In this document: one piece after another, positions 13,715-28,682 of the stretch | Position numbering within the stretch: position 1 is the stretch's first letter | Layout of the letters: every line of letters starts with the position of its first letter | Origin: Octopus sinensis | Taxonomy: Eukaryota | Length of the DNA stretch: 64,000 bases | Assembly: GCF_006345805.1 (NCBI RefSeq) | Contig: NC_043007.1 | Location: 6,572,001 to 6,636,000, forward strand | Reading direction: 5' to 3' | Made by a program: the position numbers and the translations under genes | The notes under the pieces: generated by a model | What the model was told of the DNA's origin: nothing | Databases searched by the model: none | The model's input: only the letters and a program-made list of their open reading frames with translations

Positions 13715-14171
13715 CATACTTACATATTCACACATTCATACTTACATATAAACACACACACATGCGTATATGTGTATAATGTGTAGTAAATCGTTGGATG
13801 TAATTCGAAGGCAGAAACTTGTCTCACTAAATTATGATTTCGCCTGAGAAATACAATGAAGATGCACATGACTGGAATAATCCAAGTTGGAACCGACGGT
13901 GGACTCTCTTACACATGCTCACATGCACACATAGATGCATACATACATAGCCAAACGCACATACACACACACGCACCCCACAACGTATATATAGATATGT
14001 AGGTATGTACTACCTATGTATGTATGCATATTGAATGTATGTTTTTAGATGTCTAATATAATTATTTTGCTCTTTTTACAGAAACGTGTAGATGACACAT
14101 AGAACATTGAATGCATACACTTGTTGTCCGCTTATAATTATTTCGACGGTGAGGTTCACACTCTCACACAT

Positions 14172-14249
<78 letters not shown>

Positions 14250-14253
14250 TATA

Positions 14254-14289
<36 letters not shown>

Positions 14290-14639
14290 TGCATACATAT
14301 ATATGTGTGTGTGTTTGTGTGTGCGTGTGCGGGTGTATATATAATGTGCTGTTCCGTTAGCAGCGCGGTCAACAGAAACTACACCATCCATTAACTGATA
14401 TCATATAATATACATAGGATTTACATTCAGGCTCCTATATGTTTTATGCTATGAAAACATGATAATGGGACAAGCTTGTGTAGTGTTCCAATTTCAAATA
14501 TACTACTTGGCTATCCTTTCAGAAAAATATAACGACAAAAGGTCCTGGTCTTTTAGAAGAAAATGACAGACGAATTTAGAGATAGTGAAAGAAAAGCTAA
14601 GACTTACATCAGGGAAAAGGTCAAAATTTGTGAGGCTTA

Positions 14640-16140
14640 ATGCTTAATCTAGAGAAGCTGGTGTTTACCATTTTTATAAAAGAAACTTGACTAGACAGTT
14701 ACATTTAATAAAAGTCTTATGATTTAGTCGGCCAGTAGAATTCTTAGGTCTGAAAAGAAAAGAATGTAATATCATTCAGCTAAGCAAAACCTCTCTGTGA
14801 TTGCCTGAATACGTTCCACGACGCTCCACTCGAAGGTGTATGATGTGTATTATCGGCATGGAGTCCGACATATGTCTAGCTAACTTCATGATTTTCTTCT
14901 TATTCTTCCGCTGGAGAGAAGATTCATGGTTAGCGTATCTTTTTTAAAATCACTTTTATTTACTCTAGGGTATTTTTTTATAGTTTTATTATTGTGAAGC
15001 ATTGAAGTGTGTTCGTCATCATACACTACTGAAGTAATCATGCATGCCTGATTGAGAGGAAAATTTTCTGTGTTTCGACGGCTGGAGTGACCCGCGAGTG
15101 ATCCGCCTCCTGGTGAGGGAGCAGCTGCATGAAATTTTCTTTGGACGTTTATTAAACATTTTCTTGTATCTATGGTCAGCAGGGAAATAGTACCCGTTAA
15201 TGCAAGACATGTCCTACCCAAGTTAATCTTAACGTTCAAAGAGAAATGAGGAGCGAGCTATATTATCTTCCTGAGTATATTTTTAGGATTTTCTGATTTA
15301 ATTACAACGCTGTAAGTAACCTTTTCTTTTAAACCACTGTGAGCTAGAATATTATTATGATAGGGGAATGCATTTCCGAATGTTTTCTTAAAGGAGAAGT
15401 TATTCAAATATAGAAGAGGAGATATTAGATATTCTCTTGATTATATTTGCTCAATAATACTTTTGAACACGATCGGTGTGTGTGTGTGTGTGTGTGGTTG
15501 GGGGCAATATTATGTGTGTATATACGTGGACTTTTCATTAATGCTATAATAGGGCTCCCAAGAGACACAAGTTGACTTCTAGTGAAGCATCAAAGAAATC
15601 TTTTTTGCGAGGTTAGCGGTTAATGCGATTTTCAGGGATAATTGAATGGAAGCATATATGAGATTTTTCATAAACCATCAAGTGTCAGACCTTCACAATG
15701 AGATTTGTTTGAACAATCGTCACGGTGTGAATAAATATGGTGCGATGAGAACTTATATTACAGTGTATTTCATGAAAAAGAGACTTCTAATAAAAAGAGA
15801 CCTAGAAGATCACAAATAGCACTCTTATGAGATCCTATAGCTACATAAAACAATTTGTGGGATTCGATTTTTTACCCATGCTGAACTTTTACTGAAACGA
15901 ATGGTGTTTCGTGCATGCATTAAAATGTGAACATACATTTTAGCGAACTCATTTGCATTAAACGTAAGAATCTTAACATCGGGCAATTAAAACCTGCAAT
16001 ATCACATTGCATAATCCTAGTTCTATCTTTATATGCCTGTTTTATATCCCTTAACTGATCTATAACGGTGCTGCTTTTTATCGATTGCTGTAGCGTAGTG
16101 GATTCCTCAATTCCATCATTAAAAGTTCTCAATTTATTTT
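14640..16140 (-). pseudogene. Heavily decayed Penelope-like element (RT, linker, GIY-YIG endonuclease)
   Basis: Collinear remnant motifs on the minus strand: VIDQLRDIK..QCDIAGF (~16000), ILMHARNTIRFSKSSAWVK, ICDLLGLFLL, HRDD (~15720), LKIALTANL..DFFDASL, RKII*LAPHFSLNVKINLG, YFPADHRYKKMFNK..KISCSC, FPLNQACMITSVVY, FKK/RYANHESS (~14930), WSVVER..FCLAE*YYILF. These match Penelope RT-EN motif order. Confidence 0.8.
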
Positions 16141-16308
16141 TGGTCAGCTAAACACATCTAAAATTAACACACATAAACAAAGATATATCTGAAAACGTGT
16201 AGTCGTTAAGGAAAGTCTAGTTAGTTTCTAACACGTCAGAGAACGTAAAGTTTTCCAAGAAAATTACGTAATTTCCCCGTTTCTCACTGCATATACAAAC
16301 ATATATAT

Positions 16309-16404
<96 letters not shown>

Positions 16405-16412
16405 CATGCATT

Positions 16413-16480
<68 letters not shown>

Positions 16481-16491
16481 GATAGATAGAT

Positions 16492-16553
<62 letters not shown>

Positions 16554-17263
16554 CAGACGGTGATAGATTAATTAATATCATTATGTAATTTTCAATGAAG
16601 TTTGAAATAGAATAGGAACATCACGAAAAAATCATTCCAAGAACATCCTTTTCAAAAGCATAAAATAATGAATTTAATTAAATGAGTTACGTAATTGAGG
16701 AACTTATTTTTGTTGTAGACATTGCAGTAAATATAAAATTAATGGAAATTTATTTAGCTCAAATTTTATTCTTGTTTGAACTTAAAACGTTAAAATGCTA
16801 AATGTTTACGGATACATTTTACTTTTCTCATTTTAAACCTATTTCAATTGATTCTACTTTGCAGTAATGAAATTGAATTAACTTCGAATTTGGAGTTGAT
16901 TTTTTCTCAATATAAATCCCCGCTTAAATTGTATTTATCATTGCTATAATGTCGCTAAGTATGAAATAGTGTCTTTCACCCAAGATGTAATAAAATGGTA
17001 AGCAAAATTAGATTGACACTTTAAAATTATCACTTGTTTTTTCCTTTTTCTCAAATGAATTATCAAAACACGCTTGTAAAATTATAATCATTGATTGAAA
17101 ACTTAAGTCATTTCTATTGAATAACAAGTTAATTTCTCTCATGCATATTCGATTTATTGTTTAGTTCTAGGTCAAAATATATTTTTCCTAATGCTTCTTC
17201 TAGACAATTTCAACGTTATACAGTTCCCAATGAATTTTTTGTCACATATCTATCTATCTATCA

Positions 17264-17338
<75 letters not shown>

Positions 17339-17360
17339 CATCTATCTATCTATCTATCTA

Positions 17361-17399
<39 letters not shown>

Positions 17400-17427
17400 A
17401 TATATATATATATATGTACGTATATAA

Positions 17428-17609
17428 GGTGAGCTGGCAGAAACGCTAGCACGCTGGACGAAATGCGTAGCCGCATTTCGTCTGTCGTTACGTTCTGAGT
17501 TCCTTTCAGCGTCGATAAATTAAGTACCACTTACGCACTGGGGTCGATGTAATCGAATTAATCCCTTTATCTGTCCTTGTTTGTCCCTTCTGTGTTTATC
17601 CCCTTGTAC
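17428..17609 (+). mobile_element. tRNA-derived SINE with internal deletion
   Basis: GGTGAGCTGGCAGAAACGCTAGCACG..TACGTTCTGAGTTC..GTCGATAAATTAAGTACC..TGGGGTCGATGTAATCG; same family as 25835-26068. Confidence 0.85.
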
Positions 17610-17614
17610 TTGCC

Positions 17615-17950
17615 GATGTACTGTGGCAAACGTGTTGCCAGAGTGAGAGTCGGCAGAGATCGAAGAGGCATGGCTGGTGGCAGCAGTCATGCACGGGATG
17701 GAGGAAGATGCAAGGAGTCTGAAGATAACCAGAACGAAGGAAGTCAACTGGTGGGGCAACGGCCTAAAAATCACAATTCAAGTTGGGTTAAAGGACCTAG
17801 ATGGAATTATGGGAGAGATTCTTTTACCGGAAAATATTACGCTAAGACTGGTGGCAGAGAGAAGACCTCCAACATGTTTTCTATGTAAATAAAACGGACA
17901 CATGAGGGCGGGGTGCCCTCAGCAAGAGAGTAAGCAGGGGAACAACAGCC
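17615..17950 (+). pseudogene. Gag-like/LINE ORF1 remnant with CCHC zinc knuckle
   Basis: LRLVAERRPPTCFLCK*NGHMRAGCP fits CX2CX4HX4C (17875-17916) with an internal TAA; the upstream reading is frameshifted. Confidence 0.7.
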
Positions 17951-18942
17951 CGCAGAGGAGGAGAGGTCGGAAATGGAGGAAAGTAAAGGGGAGACATTTA
18001 TTATTGTAAATAATCGAAAGAGAAAGGAGCTGGGAACTATGCGACAGAGAATCAACAATGAAAGAAGGAAGTAGAGGAGAAAATAGTAGAGCTACCGAGG
18101 AACTGGGCAGATATACCAGCAGTAGTGTCATAACATATAGTGGAGGATATAATGGTGGACGATTGTGTTTATGTACAGACGGAGGAACCAAAGGAAATGA
18201 CTAGCCTGGACAGTTCCGGTCTGGGACGTAAACAAGTAAATACGAATAAGAAAAGGTGGCATGTAGTAACATATGTGAAAGGTGCCGCCATGGAGAGGAA
18301 ATAGTGAAGTTTAGGGGTGCAGTAAGGATTGAATTACGAACTGAACATTGCTCGGAATACATAAAGGGTGTGGTGATTGACAAGGAAAGCTATAAACGGT
18401 TGAAGGAACTATTTAAAGGTGATGTGAACCCTTTGGGGAAAAAAAATTGAGTTTGAGGAACTACCAAAAGTAGTTACATGAACGGTAATAAAGGAGTAAT
18501 TTAAAAGAGAAAAAAAGAAATAGACTTTATAACAAAGGAGAAAAAGAAAACAAAAAAGGAAATAGATTTAAATTTCTGAAATATTTTTAAAAAACGAGAA
18601 AAAAGATATAAAAAGAAAGAAAAAGAAAACATTCATAACTTGTATTAACAGTAAAATGGTACTGCTTGAGCAGCCATTTCATTAGACATTTTTTTTCATA
18701 TTCATTCGTTTATGTTTTATGTCCCCTCAGAACTATCTGGTTTGTTCTTGTGCTGTCCCCTGTATGTTATGGCCTGGGTGCCAAATAAAGATAAGCAGAA
18801 GCAAGACAAGCTGAGACATAAGACATGTCTTTTTATTTGAACCTTTTGAAAAACAGTGGAAACTGTAAAACCGGTTAAAGCTTTAAATATATTAATAAAA
18901 AATATTTTAATCATTCTTAGTGATTTTCAACTTTTATTTTTC

Positions 18943-19025
<83 letters not shown>

Positions 19026-19097
19026 GGTATCGATATATATATATTTACATAATATTGAGGTCTCTTTCTTTCTTTTGTTATCTTACCGTTTTTACCA

Positions 19098-19130
<33 letters not shown>

Positions 19131-20680
19131 TGCGTGATTATGCGGGGGGGGGTAATATACATATGTGTATATTTACACATATGCGTGTGTGTGCTCGTGT
19201 GCATATATATGTGTATATCTACATACATGTTTTTCTTTCTGTCAATGATTTATCAGTACCCACCATAGATTTCCGCTTTGGCTACTACACTCTCTGATTT
19301 CTCATAAATGCCGACGTCTATTTTTAGAAACTTGACCATTCAACCCGCAACACATTCACCCTTTAATTCCTAGCACTCTTCCTTATCATTTCATCTCCCT
19401 TCCTTTCCTTCTCAAGGTTTACCACTCACATCTAATACCCCCATCCACCTCTCTGTACCACATTCTTTATCTCCATCTGCAACTTTTCACACAAACTCCT
19501 TTCCTCTATCTTCTTATATCTTCTTTCTATCCCCCCCTATTCCTTTTAGCTATCGATAGCTCTCCTCTCCCCACTCCCTTGTAATATCTTGACCAGCATC
19601 TTGCACACCTTTTTTCTTTTTCTCTTTTTTCTTTTTCTTTTTCTTTCCCTATCTCTAACCTAGCCATTATGACTACCACTCCCCTAATTCCTTTAATCAA
19701 TTCCACTCACAACAATACATATTTCTTTATTCCATCTTATATTCTTACCTATTCATTTCTCTCTTTATCTACTCCCCATACAAGTATAATTCTCAAAATT
19801 CATTTCTACTACAAGATACTTTTGAATGACCAACAACACATGGAATTAATATCTGCAAACTGTTCTTTGAAATAACAACATATGTATTCTTATCGGACTT
19901 TACACATCATGGGCACGAAGCTTCTTTACCCATTCTACACAACACATATCGTGGATAACAGAATACCAACTTTAACGTCTAATATGTATTTTTATTTTCA
20001 TCTTTTCCTTTACTATTTTCTGCATTTATATCTAATTTCTTTTATATCTCTCCCTCTCCAGAATAACTTCTAAAAAGATGAATTCTACTAATTCCTTTTA
20101 TTGAAGCTCTTTGAACTCGTCTCTGTTGATGAGATATCATTTATTTCCCTGAAACAGCTGTAAGACTACCTTTCTATTTATAAATATCCTAGAAATATCA
20201 AATTTCCTTGGCCTTGTTATCTTATTTTATTTAACATACACATATATATATGTGTGTTTATGGTCTCATGCAGAAAAACATATTTTATAAACACTTCTGT
20301 AAAACGCATTGACGCCCTTAACAACCGGCTTTCTATCATTTTATTTTTTTTCATTAGCTCGACCGTTACATTCCCTATAACCAAGACTTATTGGCCTAAA
20401 TTCGCTCCTTCCACGTTCAAAGTTAGATTTTAAATACGTGATCCAGGTTCTTCACTAATTATCTCTGTGTATTACACACCGCCTTTGAAATGTTCTTACC
20501 ACTTATATATAGGAAGTGCGACCGCCAAGACTAATGCCGTGTGAGAAGTGACACTACGTCTCCTGCGCATGCATGGAAATTTCTTACCGTTAGGGCACGT
20601 AAGTTTCCGGCTGTTATGCATAGAGCACAGACGTGTACTGTGCGCTCGCCAGATTTACCGAACGTATCGGGCTGTGATAT

Positions 20681-21120
20681 TGCAACAAGTTTTGGCAAAA
20701 CCTGATGCCCGATAAAACCATCCAAAACATTCAGCAGACTTCTGACGACGACGACATTGGAAAAAAACCCAGCTGGATCAGTATTACAACCGTTTCAAGT
20801 ATAACTGCACCTCAGTGGAGAGAGAGAGTCACGTTTAGGCTGGCTGTTCAGAAACCGAAGTAAGGAAGCGATGGAGAAGGATAGGCAAATAGTCATGGAA
20901 AACTACCGTGAAGCAATTCAGGAAATTGCTCAAGAAGTTGGAATAAGCGCAGAATCAGTGAGTGCAGAGGGTGTCATCGAAATTCGTCACCAAGAAGCTG
21001 GCGAGGCAGCAGAAGTAACTCGGCAATTAAATTCCTCAGGTCTTGCTGGACTGGGCAAACCACGGGTCAGATTTTATCAAAACTATCTTCACTGCTGATG
21101 AATCATAGGTTTAGGGTCTC
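20681..21120 (+). pseudogene. Mariner transposase remnant (HTH region to first catalytic D)
   Basis: CNKFW..YYNRFK..TSVE..EAMEKDRQIVMENYREAIQEIAQEVGISAESV..RVSSKFVTK..DFIKTIFTADES, resembling the mariner TIITGDETW motif; frameshifted. Confidence 0.75.
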
Positions 21121-21583
21121 GGATCGATGCATTTGGTGAACTTGTGTGAAAACGAAAATCCGACGAGAGCGTACTACACGTCTGCACTTTCGGAGTAACA
21201 GCAGAAAACTGACCTGATCCACCGAGGTTTTCTCATATAGCACCCTTTCCTCCCCTACATCTCTTTAGTTTTGGTGGGTAAAATGAAGCTGAGCATACCT
21301 CGTATGTACATACATGAATATATGAGCGCCAAGCGAACTTTAGATTTGTTCAAATATGTTGCCTCTTCGGTATTTCCCATTAATAACGGTTAAGAAACCA
21401 GAAGCATCGATGTCGAGGAATCTGACAGGTGACAGCACTGGACAGATATGGTGTTGTCACACCTTTTTTTACCATAAGAAAGAACTTTTTCTCCACGTAA
21501 CTGCAGGGAATTTGCCTTTGGCTGTTCAAATGTTACAAACATATTTTAACAAACCTTAAGTTCGCATATATGTATGTGTGTGC

Positions 21584-21618
<35 letters not shown>

Positions 21619-22384
21619 GGGGGGAATATATATGAATATGTATGTACATATAAGCATGAATGTACACACGCGCGCGCGCACGCACACACACTCTCACACA
21701 CACAGACAACACTTCACCAGTGCAATAAACTTTGCATTCTAAAACCAAGCGGTTAATCTACTTTGGCCTCAAGTCAGACATTTTCGTTGGATGAAATATG
21801 CCAATGGAAAGTAAGAGGATATTTGCGAAAGGAATTCTCGACATAAATACATTTGGCTAAGTGTAAAGCGGAATAGCCTGAAACAAGAATTACAACCATT
21901 TGTCGAATCTTCTTGCGTCGGATGCAAATATATTATTCTGTGATTCTCATCAGTTTTATTAGCACCGTTAATTATCTTCCGTTGGTTAAGATTTGGAAAT
22001 TGGATTAATATAATAGTTATTATTTTAATTACGTATTGGATAATTTGCTGATTTTCAATTCATATGAAACTGATTCCCTATGAGATATTATCTATTTCTT
22101 ATAACGATATTCACAGAGTAAAATCTCGAATGAACATAGTAAATTCCCTGGCTTGTGGCTGTATTATCGGCAATAATTCACTGTCGCTTTATAAAGTTGA
22201 GAACAACGAGAACGTTGAGAATAACAGCAGCAATGTACATTAAGCGCACCAGAACTCATCCTTATCATATACAATTTTTTTTATGACTACTGAATGCAAA
22301 CGCTTTCGATATATCGCACCACATTTCTAAGTGCATAACGGAAGATTAAATTATAACATAAATTTTTTTGGTTGTCAATATATA

Positions 22385-22557
22385 TATTTTTTTCTCTCTC
22401 CTGTTTTTTCTCTCCTTGTTTTTTTCTGTGTATCTTTCTGTAGGAGAGCGTAGGCTCGAAACTTAAAACACTTTTACTATTCCTGAGCGTTATACTAATA
22501 CATCTGTTTGTTTTGTACACCACCTGTCTTCGTCTCTTGTTTTTTTTCCTAAACTCT

Positions 22558-22560
<3 letters not shown>
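22385..22560 (+). mobile_element. Penelope-pLTR-like repeat, partial copy 1
   Basis: GAGAGCGTAGGCTCGAAAC..TTCCTGAGCGTTATACTAATACATCTGTTTG..ACACCACCTGTCTTCGTC..AACTCTCCC is shared with 30225-30565 and 54715-55058. Confidence 0.7.
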
Positions 22561-22612
<52 letters not shown>

Positions 22613-25600
22613 TTATAATATAGTCTTTTAGCTGTATTTTCTTTATTCAAGCTCAGAAGTAATGGTATTTTTCTTCATGTATGTACTCTAACATTAAAGC
22701 TTCTGCGTATAAGTCAATTGTCATTTTCACTTCTCGTTTAAAAACCAAAAGTTTTCTCTGAAGTATTAATTATTACTGATAAAGCATTTTAGCAAGTAGT
22801 TAATTTCTCTCGTTTTATGAACAATTTTAATAAAATCCTTGTGAAAGCTGAACGTGATCACTAATTGTCATCAACACAGCTTCTAACATAATGCACGCAA
22901 GTCATGTCAAACCACAGAGAAACCGAGAATCGGCAATGGCACCATTCGTTCTACGAGTAAATATATAATGTCAGCACTTTTAGAATGACGTTGAAATCTA
23001 TGTTCTCTAATTGATGCATATGATCAAGGGATGCAACAACTGAGATTGTCACTTGTGAACCCTAAAGGCTCACTACAACATATGTCGAAGATAATGAGTA
23101 GATAGAAATTAAAACAGAAGCTGTGAATTCATTTATTTGTAAAAATTGGACACCTGTGTTGCCATGGTTATAACAGAACCATGCGCCTCGTAGTTGTCTC
23201 ATGAAATCCTCACAAACTAAATGAACAAGAGGATTGTAAATATCTGTTCATAAGCCAGACATTTGCTGTTGTAATTAAGGAGAGCAAACAAAATAAACTC
23301 TCATTTTTCAAGTACCAGGACATTTAAAGTTAAAATTAAACGTGGAATAATTAAAATTTGATGATATCATTGGAATAAATATATTAATAAGTACTCTTTC
23401 AAAATGGAAAGCCTAATAGCTCTACAGTATCAGCTTATAACTTGTGACAATGGACAATAGGTTATAGTGTGGGAAGTGACACCATGGTGCATTTACTGCT
23501 TTTCGAGAACATAACACAGAGCTCAACTGAAAATGACGCCATAATGGAAACAAATTTAATTCTACATCCACTTAAATTGACAAGTATAGCTGGAGCGTTA
23601 GTCTATCGAAAAGGGGGCACTTTAAAACATGAATTCCGATAAATGATTTTGCTTTCTGTTTTGTTCATGAGGTGGGGGTGCACCTGATAACAGAGGCAGT
23701 AAATAATGCTAGTTTTCTTTCTGGCAGAAACAAAAGAAAAAACAAGAAAAGATTTATGTCAGTAATCCCGAACACGCTGGTCGAACATACCTTTTGTAAC
23801 AGGTGCTCCAGACAGAACTCTGGTATCATCAGTTCACATATATTTTATATAGGATTGCCTAAAATAATATCTCCGTTTTTAAAAATAAATTATGGGATTT
23901 GATGGAGAGTTTTTCCACACCTCAGAGAATGCACGGTCAAATTCGCTTCATCTGGACGGATGGCAAAGTGCAATGGATATGAAATGTTTGAGGAAAACCA
24001 GACCGGAAATAAATTTACATACAAGTTTTTATCTATGTATACACACAGTGTTATAAAATACGTCCACAAATATTCATAAGTATGCAATTTTGTTTTGTAA
24101 GTACTAATTTGTATTACTTTCCATAATCTTCACAAAGAAAGCGTACAGGAAATGCTTGCAATATACGAACTAATGATTTTTTGAAAAGCTATAGTGAGTG
24201 TATTTAATAGGTTAATGAATTACAGTAATATCTGAGAAAAATATGCAAATTTGCATTTCAGTAGCATGAATTTTGACTGCTAAACACAAAAAATGAGATC
24301 TCAAATGATATTTTTAATAAGATCTGCCTACTTAAAATTCCTGGTGAAAACCATGAAATAGAATTGATAATGCATGCAAACCTATAAAATCAGAAATATT
24401 TGAAAAGTTGCTGCTTTCTGCCGCAAGAAATTTTATGAGCCTTCGTCTCTTCTCTGGATCGTTAAAATGCTGCACAAGTTTTCAAGACCGTACGACTTAT
24501 TTCTGTTAGTTGTTCATATCTAAGGATGGCATGAAGTTTCGATTTCCCAAAATTTATCTGAGAAGTTCTTTCAAAGCAGTTATGTTTTGGTGTTTTGGGA
24601 AATGTAAAATGGTTCTCACTAGTTCTTTACATTTCATCATATTACATTTCTGGAACGTGAGAAAAGAACTAACATGTAGGTTGGGATTTGTGGATCATTA
24701 TGAGACTCAAGATCTAAATATAATTCCATTCGATCCATATTCTCAAGACATGATTCCTTAAATACTGCATCGGAGATGGAATCCTATCAGTGAGCATGAT
24801 GCCAACAACTGAATGTTTTCACAACATGGAACAGAATGCATTCTTTTGTGTATCATTTGGTCCGGAAATTATCAGGCAATTCTTATAATTTATCATTTTA
24901 TTTTTCCAGTTTGTAGACTAGTATTTCAATGAAATTGATATGTAACTGATGCTTGTATACCAAATGTCCCTTTCACAATAAAATCCTTACATTATTAGAA
25001 TTTTAAAAAGATACAGAAATAGATAAATCTTACCCGTCTTACTATGTACACAATAAATTGTTCACAGATTAATTAATATATCAGCAAGGAACCTAGAAAA
25101 TTCATCCATTCATAATTCGTTTTACTTATATATTTTTTGGGGTGACAGAATCGTTTCTTAACCCTGAGAGGATAAAAATCCACAAAATAGCAGGAGACAT
25201 TTCTGGTTAACAACGACTTCACAATGTAGCAGAAATATACATGACTGAATTTATCTTCAGGCTGCAGTTGGGGTGTCTTTGCATTTAGCTGAAGGTATTT
25301 GATATCTAAAAGACAGATATCATGATACCATCAAAAACTAACTATGAATTGTAAAATGAAAAGGGAGACACAGAAGACACCAGGCATCCTCTTTCATTAA
25401 TGCCATTAATTCTGCATGTTTTTCCAAACAATCAAGCTGCTCTGTTGTGAAACATTATCATTATTAAGATTGCCAGAAATATATTTAGTATCGACACCAG
25501 GAACAGCTTCATATAAAGTTATTAAAAGTTAAGTGTTAACAGTTACATAAATAAAAGCATAACGAATTATTACCATGCGATATGGCTCCCCCTTCAATTT

Positions 25601-25834
25601 TACCAATTCGCCAAAGGTGAAGGTTAATGCAGAGGAATTTTTGAAGTAAACTTGATTTGTACCTGCAGTACAATATTGATGTGGTATATATGTATATATA
25701 TTGTATGGAATCTAATTTAGAGTTGCCAAATATAATTAACCATATATAAATACATACATGCATGTATATATAAATATATGTATGTATATCTGTATGTATA
25801 TATATATATATATATATATTTATATTATATATAT

Positions 25835-26068
25835 ACCTATTTCTTTATTACCCACAGGGGGCTAAACACAGAGGGGACAAAAAAGGACATGCATAGTTAT
25901 TAAGTTGATTACATTGACTCCAGTGCGTAACTGGTACTTAATTTATCGACCCCGAAAGGATGAAAGGCAAAGTCGACCTCGCCGGAATTTGAACTCAGAA
26001 CGTAACGGCAGACGAAATACCGCTAGGCATTTCGCCCGGCGTGCTAACGTTTCTGCCAGCTCGCCGCC
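25835..26068 (-). mobile_element. Well-preserved full-length tRNA-derived SINE
   Basis: The minus strand starts GGCGGCGAGCTGGCAGAAACGTTAGC, has the B-box GAGTTCAAATTCC and ends AATAAAGAAATAGG. At least 7 related copies occur in the window. Confidence 0.9.
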
Positions 26069-27312
26069 GTATGGAAAAAAACTAGAAACAGATCTATTTG
26101 AATCGGTATATATTATATATATACCTGTATTGTGAGACGAAGCATTATTTTGTGCTATTGAATTTTCCTGTTTACAATAAATACTTTCAGCTATAGTTTT
26201 CTTAAATCAAATTTCAGAACCCGGATGCATAAGGGATATTTTAGTTTCAAAATTTAGTTTTAGTTCTTCTGTCCACTAAACTCTTAATCATTTTCAACAG
26301 TGACCGCTGGCTAATTATTAATGATTTAATGTAATTTTTTACATTTGAATAATGTGAAACTGATATGAAAAGCTTTTCTTGTCATTTGCTTGTAAGAGTT
26401 GTCCAAACCGATCTTGCATTGAATTAAGGAATTACATCATTAATTTAAAAACGTCTCAGTTAACATTCATATATAATTGTAATATACGAGATTTTCATTT
26501 TCATCTGGTTTTAAAAAAGGTTTCCCAGGAAACGCACATTATATGACAAAGTGACCGACGCAAATTTCCAGCCGTAGATTGGCCAGCTCTGACTCGGTTG
26601 ACCTAATGTTTTCGTCATCCGTTGTATTCATCATTTTTGAAGATAATAAACAACTGACGGAGAAACAAACCAAGGCCTGCGGCATTCGTAGAGCTTTGAC
26701 TAATTTCCTTCTATCATTCTCCTCTGTATTATAACATGTTGTGCACACCTGCACAGGTGATCATGATTGATTGATAATTCTCAATTAATGGAGATATAAA
26801 CCAAAAATGGATTCTGGCAGGAATTATTAAACGCAGCTGCAAAGTTTCTTGGAAAAGAAGTTCCAGATACAAGATGGAAACGAAGTAATACATAAGAAAA
26901 TGACATCTCAGTAGTTCATAATGAAAAAAAAAGACATTTAAAAGTAATTTGTATTTTCGTTCTAGAAGTTTCTTTTAAAAATATTAATAATATAAATATT
27001 ATGTGACTTGATATTACAAATTATGATTTATATGCGAACACTTACATAGATAGACACACACACACACACACACACACAAACATGAGTGTATACATATATA
27101 AATATGGATATATGTTTGTGTATATATGTTATACATCAGCGTATGTTGCCTGTCAACGTGTGTTTACGTAAATTTCATAAATTATGATTACACGCACACC
27201 ACACACACATACACCCATGTACAAAAAATTACACATATGTAGGTACATATGCATGTATTTATATATACACACACATTCATATATATATATGCCTATATAC
27301 ATATATGCATAT

Positions 27313-27441
<129 letters not shown>

Positions 27442-27479
27442 GCATGTATGTATACGCGTAGGTAAAAAAAAACAATTAT

Positions 27480-27514
<35 letters not shown>

Positions 27515-27644
27515 CACGCACAAAGATACACAATTAAATATAGAAATGCCTTCCGATATGTTTACTTTTCATTTACCACAAATGAAAAATTATTTCCATG
27601 AAATTTTTAGAAATGCAAATATCAGCACAACGACGGTGATGACT

Positions 27645-27676
<32 letters not shown>

Positions 27677-27755
27677 GGCTGTGGTTTGTGGTGGTGGTGG
27701 TGGTGATGATTATGATGATGATTATGTTGATGATGATGATGATGATGATCACCAT
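27645..27755. repeat. (GAT)n/(GGT)n trinucleotide array
   Basis: Direct inspection. Confidence 0.9.
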
Positions 27756-28539
27756 GATAAAATATTTTGGAAATTTTATTTTAATAATAACATAACATTT
27801 CCCGAAGACATTGAGAATAATGATAAATATGGTTTCTGAAACAAACATTGAATTCAAAATAAAACCTAAAGAAAAAGAAGAACTATTCGCAGTAAGAGAA
27901 TATAAAAGGAAATGAACGACGAATGATTAATATTAATGCGATTTTAAAATGGATTATAAGATAGCAATTTTGAAATTTAATGAAAATCCTACACGCAGTT
28001 CAGTGAGGTTCAATTGAGAAAGAAGTATATATGTCAGGGATGGAAGAATAACTGTTCGGGACTATAGACATAGGGAACATTTACAGATAGACATTGGTAT
28101 TTACACACGCACATGCACACTCACCTGCACACATATATATTTATACATATGTACGTATATGTAGATATGTATACATATATATATACTTGCATATATATAT
28201 ATATATATATTTTATATATATACATATACACACACACATATATATATATATAGTATTAATAAAATATATATAAGTGACAAGACCATTATTTAGAATAACG
28301 ATCATATCAAGTGGCCAGCATGGAAGAAACTGTATAGGTAATTATTATAGATATGTAATAATATAAGTTTAATTATAATTAAGGGTACCGAAGAGCCACC
28401 ACCATGCCAGAAATAGCAGCTAAAACTGATTGTAGAACCACATTAAGCATTCCTTTAGCACAAGTGAAAAGTTAAATGAAGAAAGAAATTAGCAACAATG
28501 AATGGTTAACTCCAGATATACGATCTCAGACTCAGTAAT

Positions 28540-28682
28540 AAAAATATTCTGTATTTGAAGCAATGTATTGGTCAAGACGTGTTTCTCCCTGTTCCAACCA
28601 ATCCTGGAGCCTCTTGCGAAGTGAGGCCTTTTGGAGCCTCCGTCGTTTTTCTTCACCTCTTCCACATCTGCAAATTCCTTAG
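28540..28682 (-). pseudogene. Mariner transposase C-terminal fragment
   Basis: KEFADVEEVKK/TTEAPKGLTSQE/QDWLEQGETRLDQYIASNTEYF matches the mariner C-terminal pattern F..VEEVK..F..W..R...CI...GEYF. Confidence 0.7.

Noticed and set aside
14575-14620. CTGATGT on the minus strand downstream of the Penelope remnant as a hammerhead
   Set aside because: There is no GAAA half or stem III; too degenerate to support.
24640-24800. Protein-like minus-strand frame DSISDAVFKESCLENMDRMELYLDLESHNDPQIPTY
   Set aside because: Splice signals are weak, no family is recognised, and competing open frames exist on both strands.
25835-26068. tRNA gene calls for A/B-box-containing heads
   Set aside because: The heads continue into multi-copy SINE bodies and do not form a full cloverleaf.
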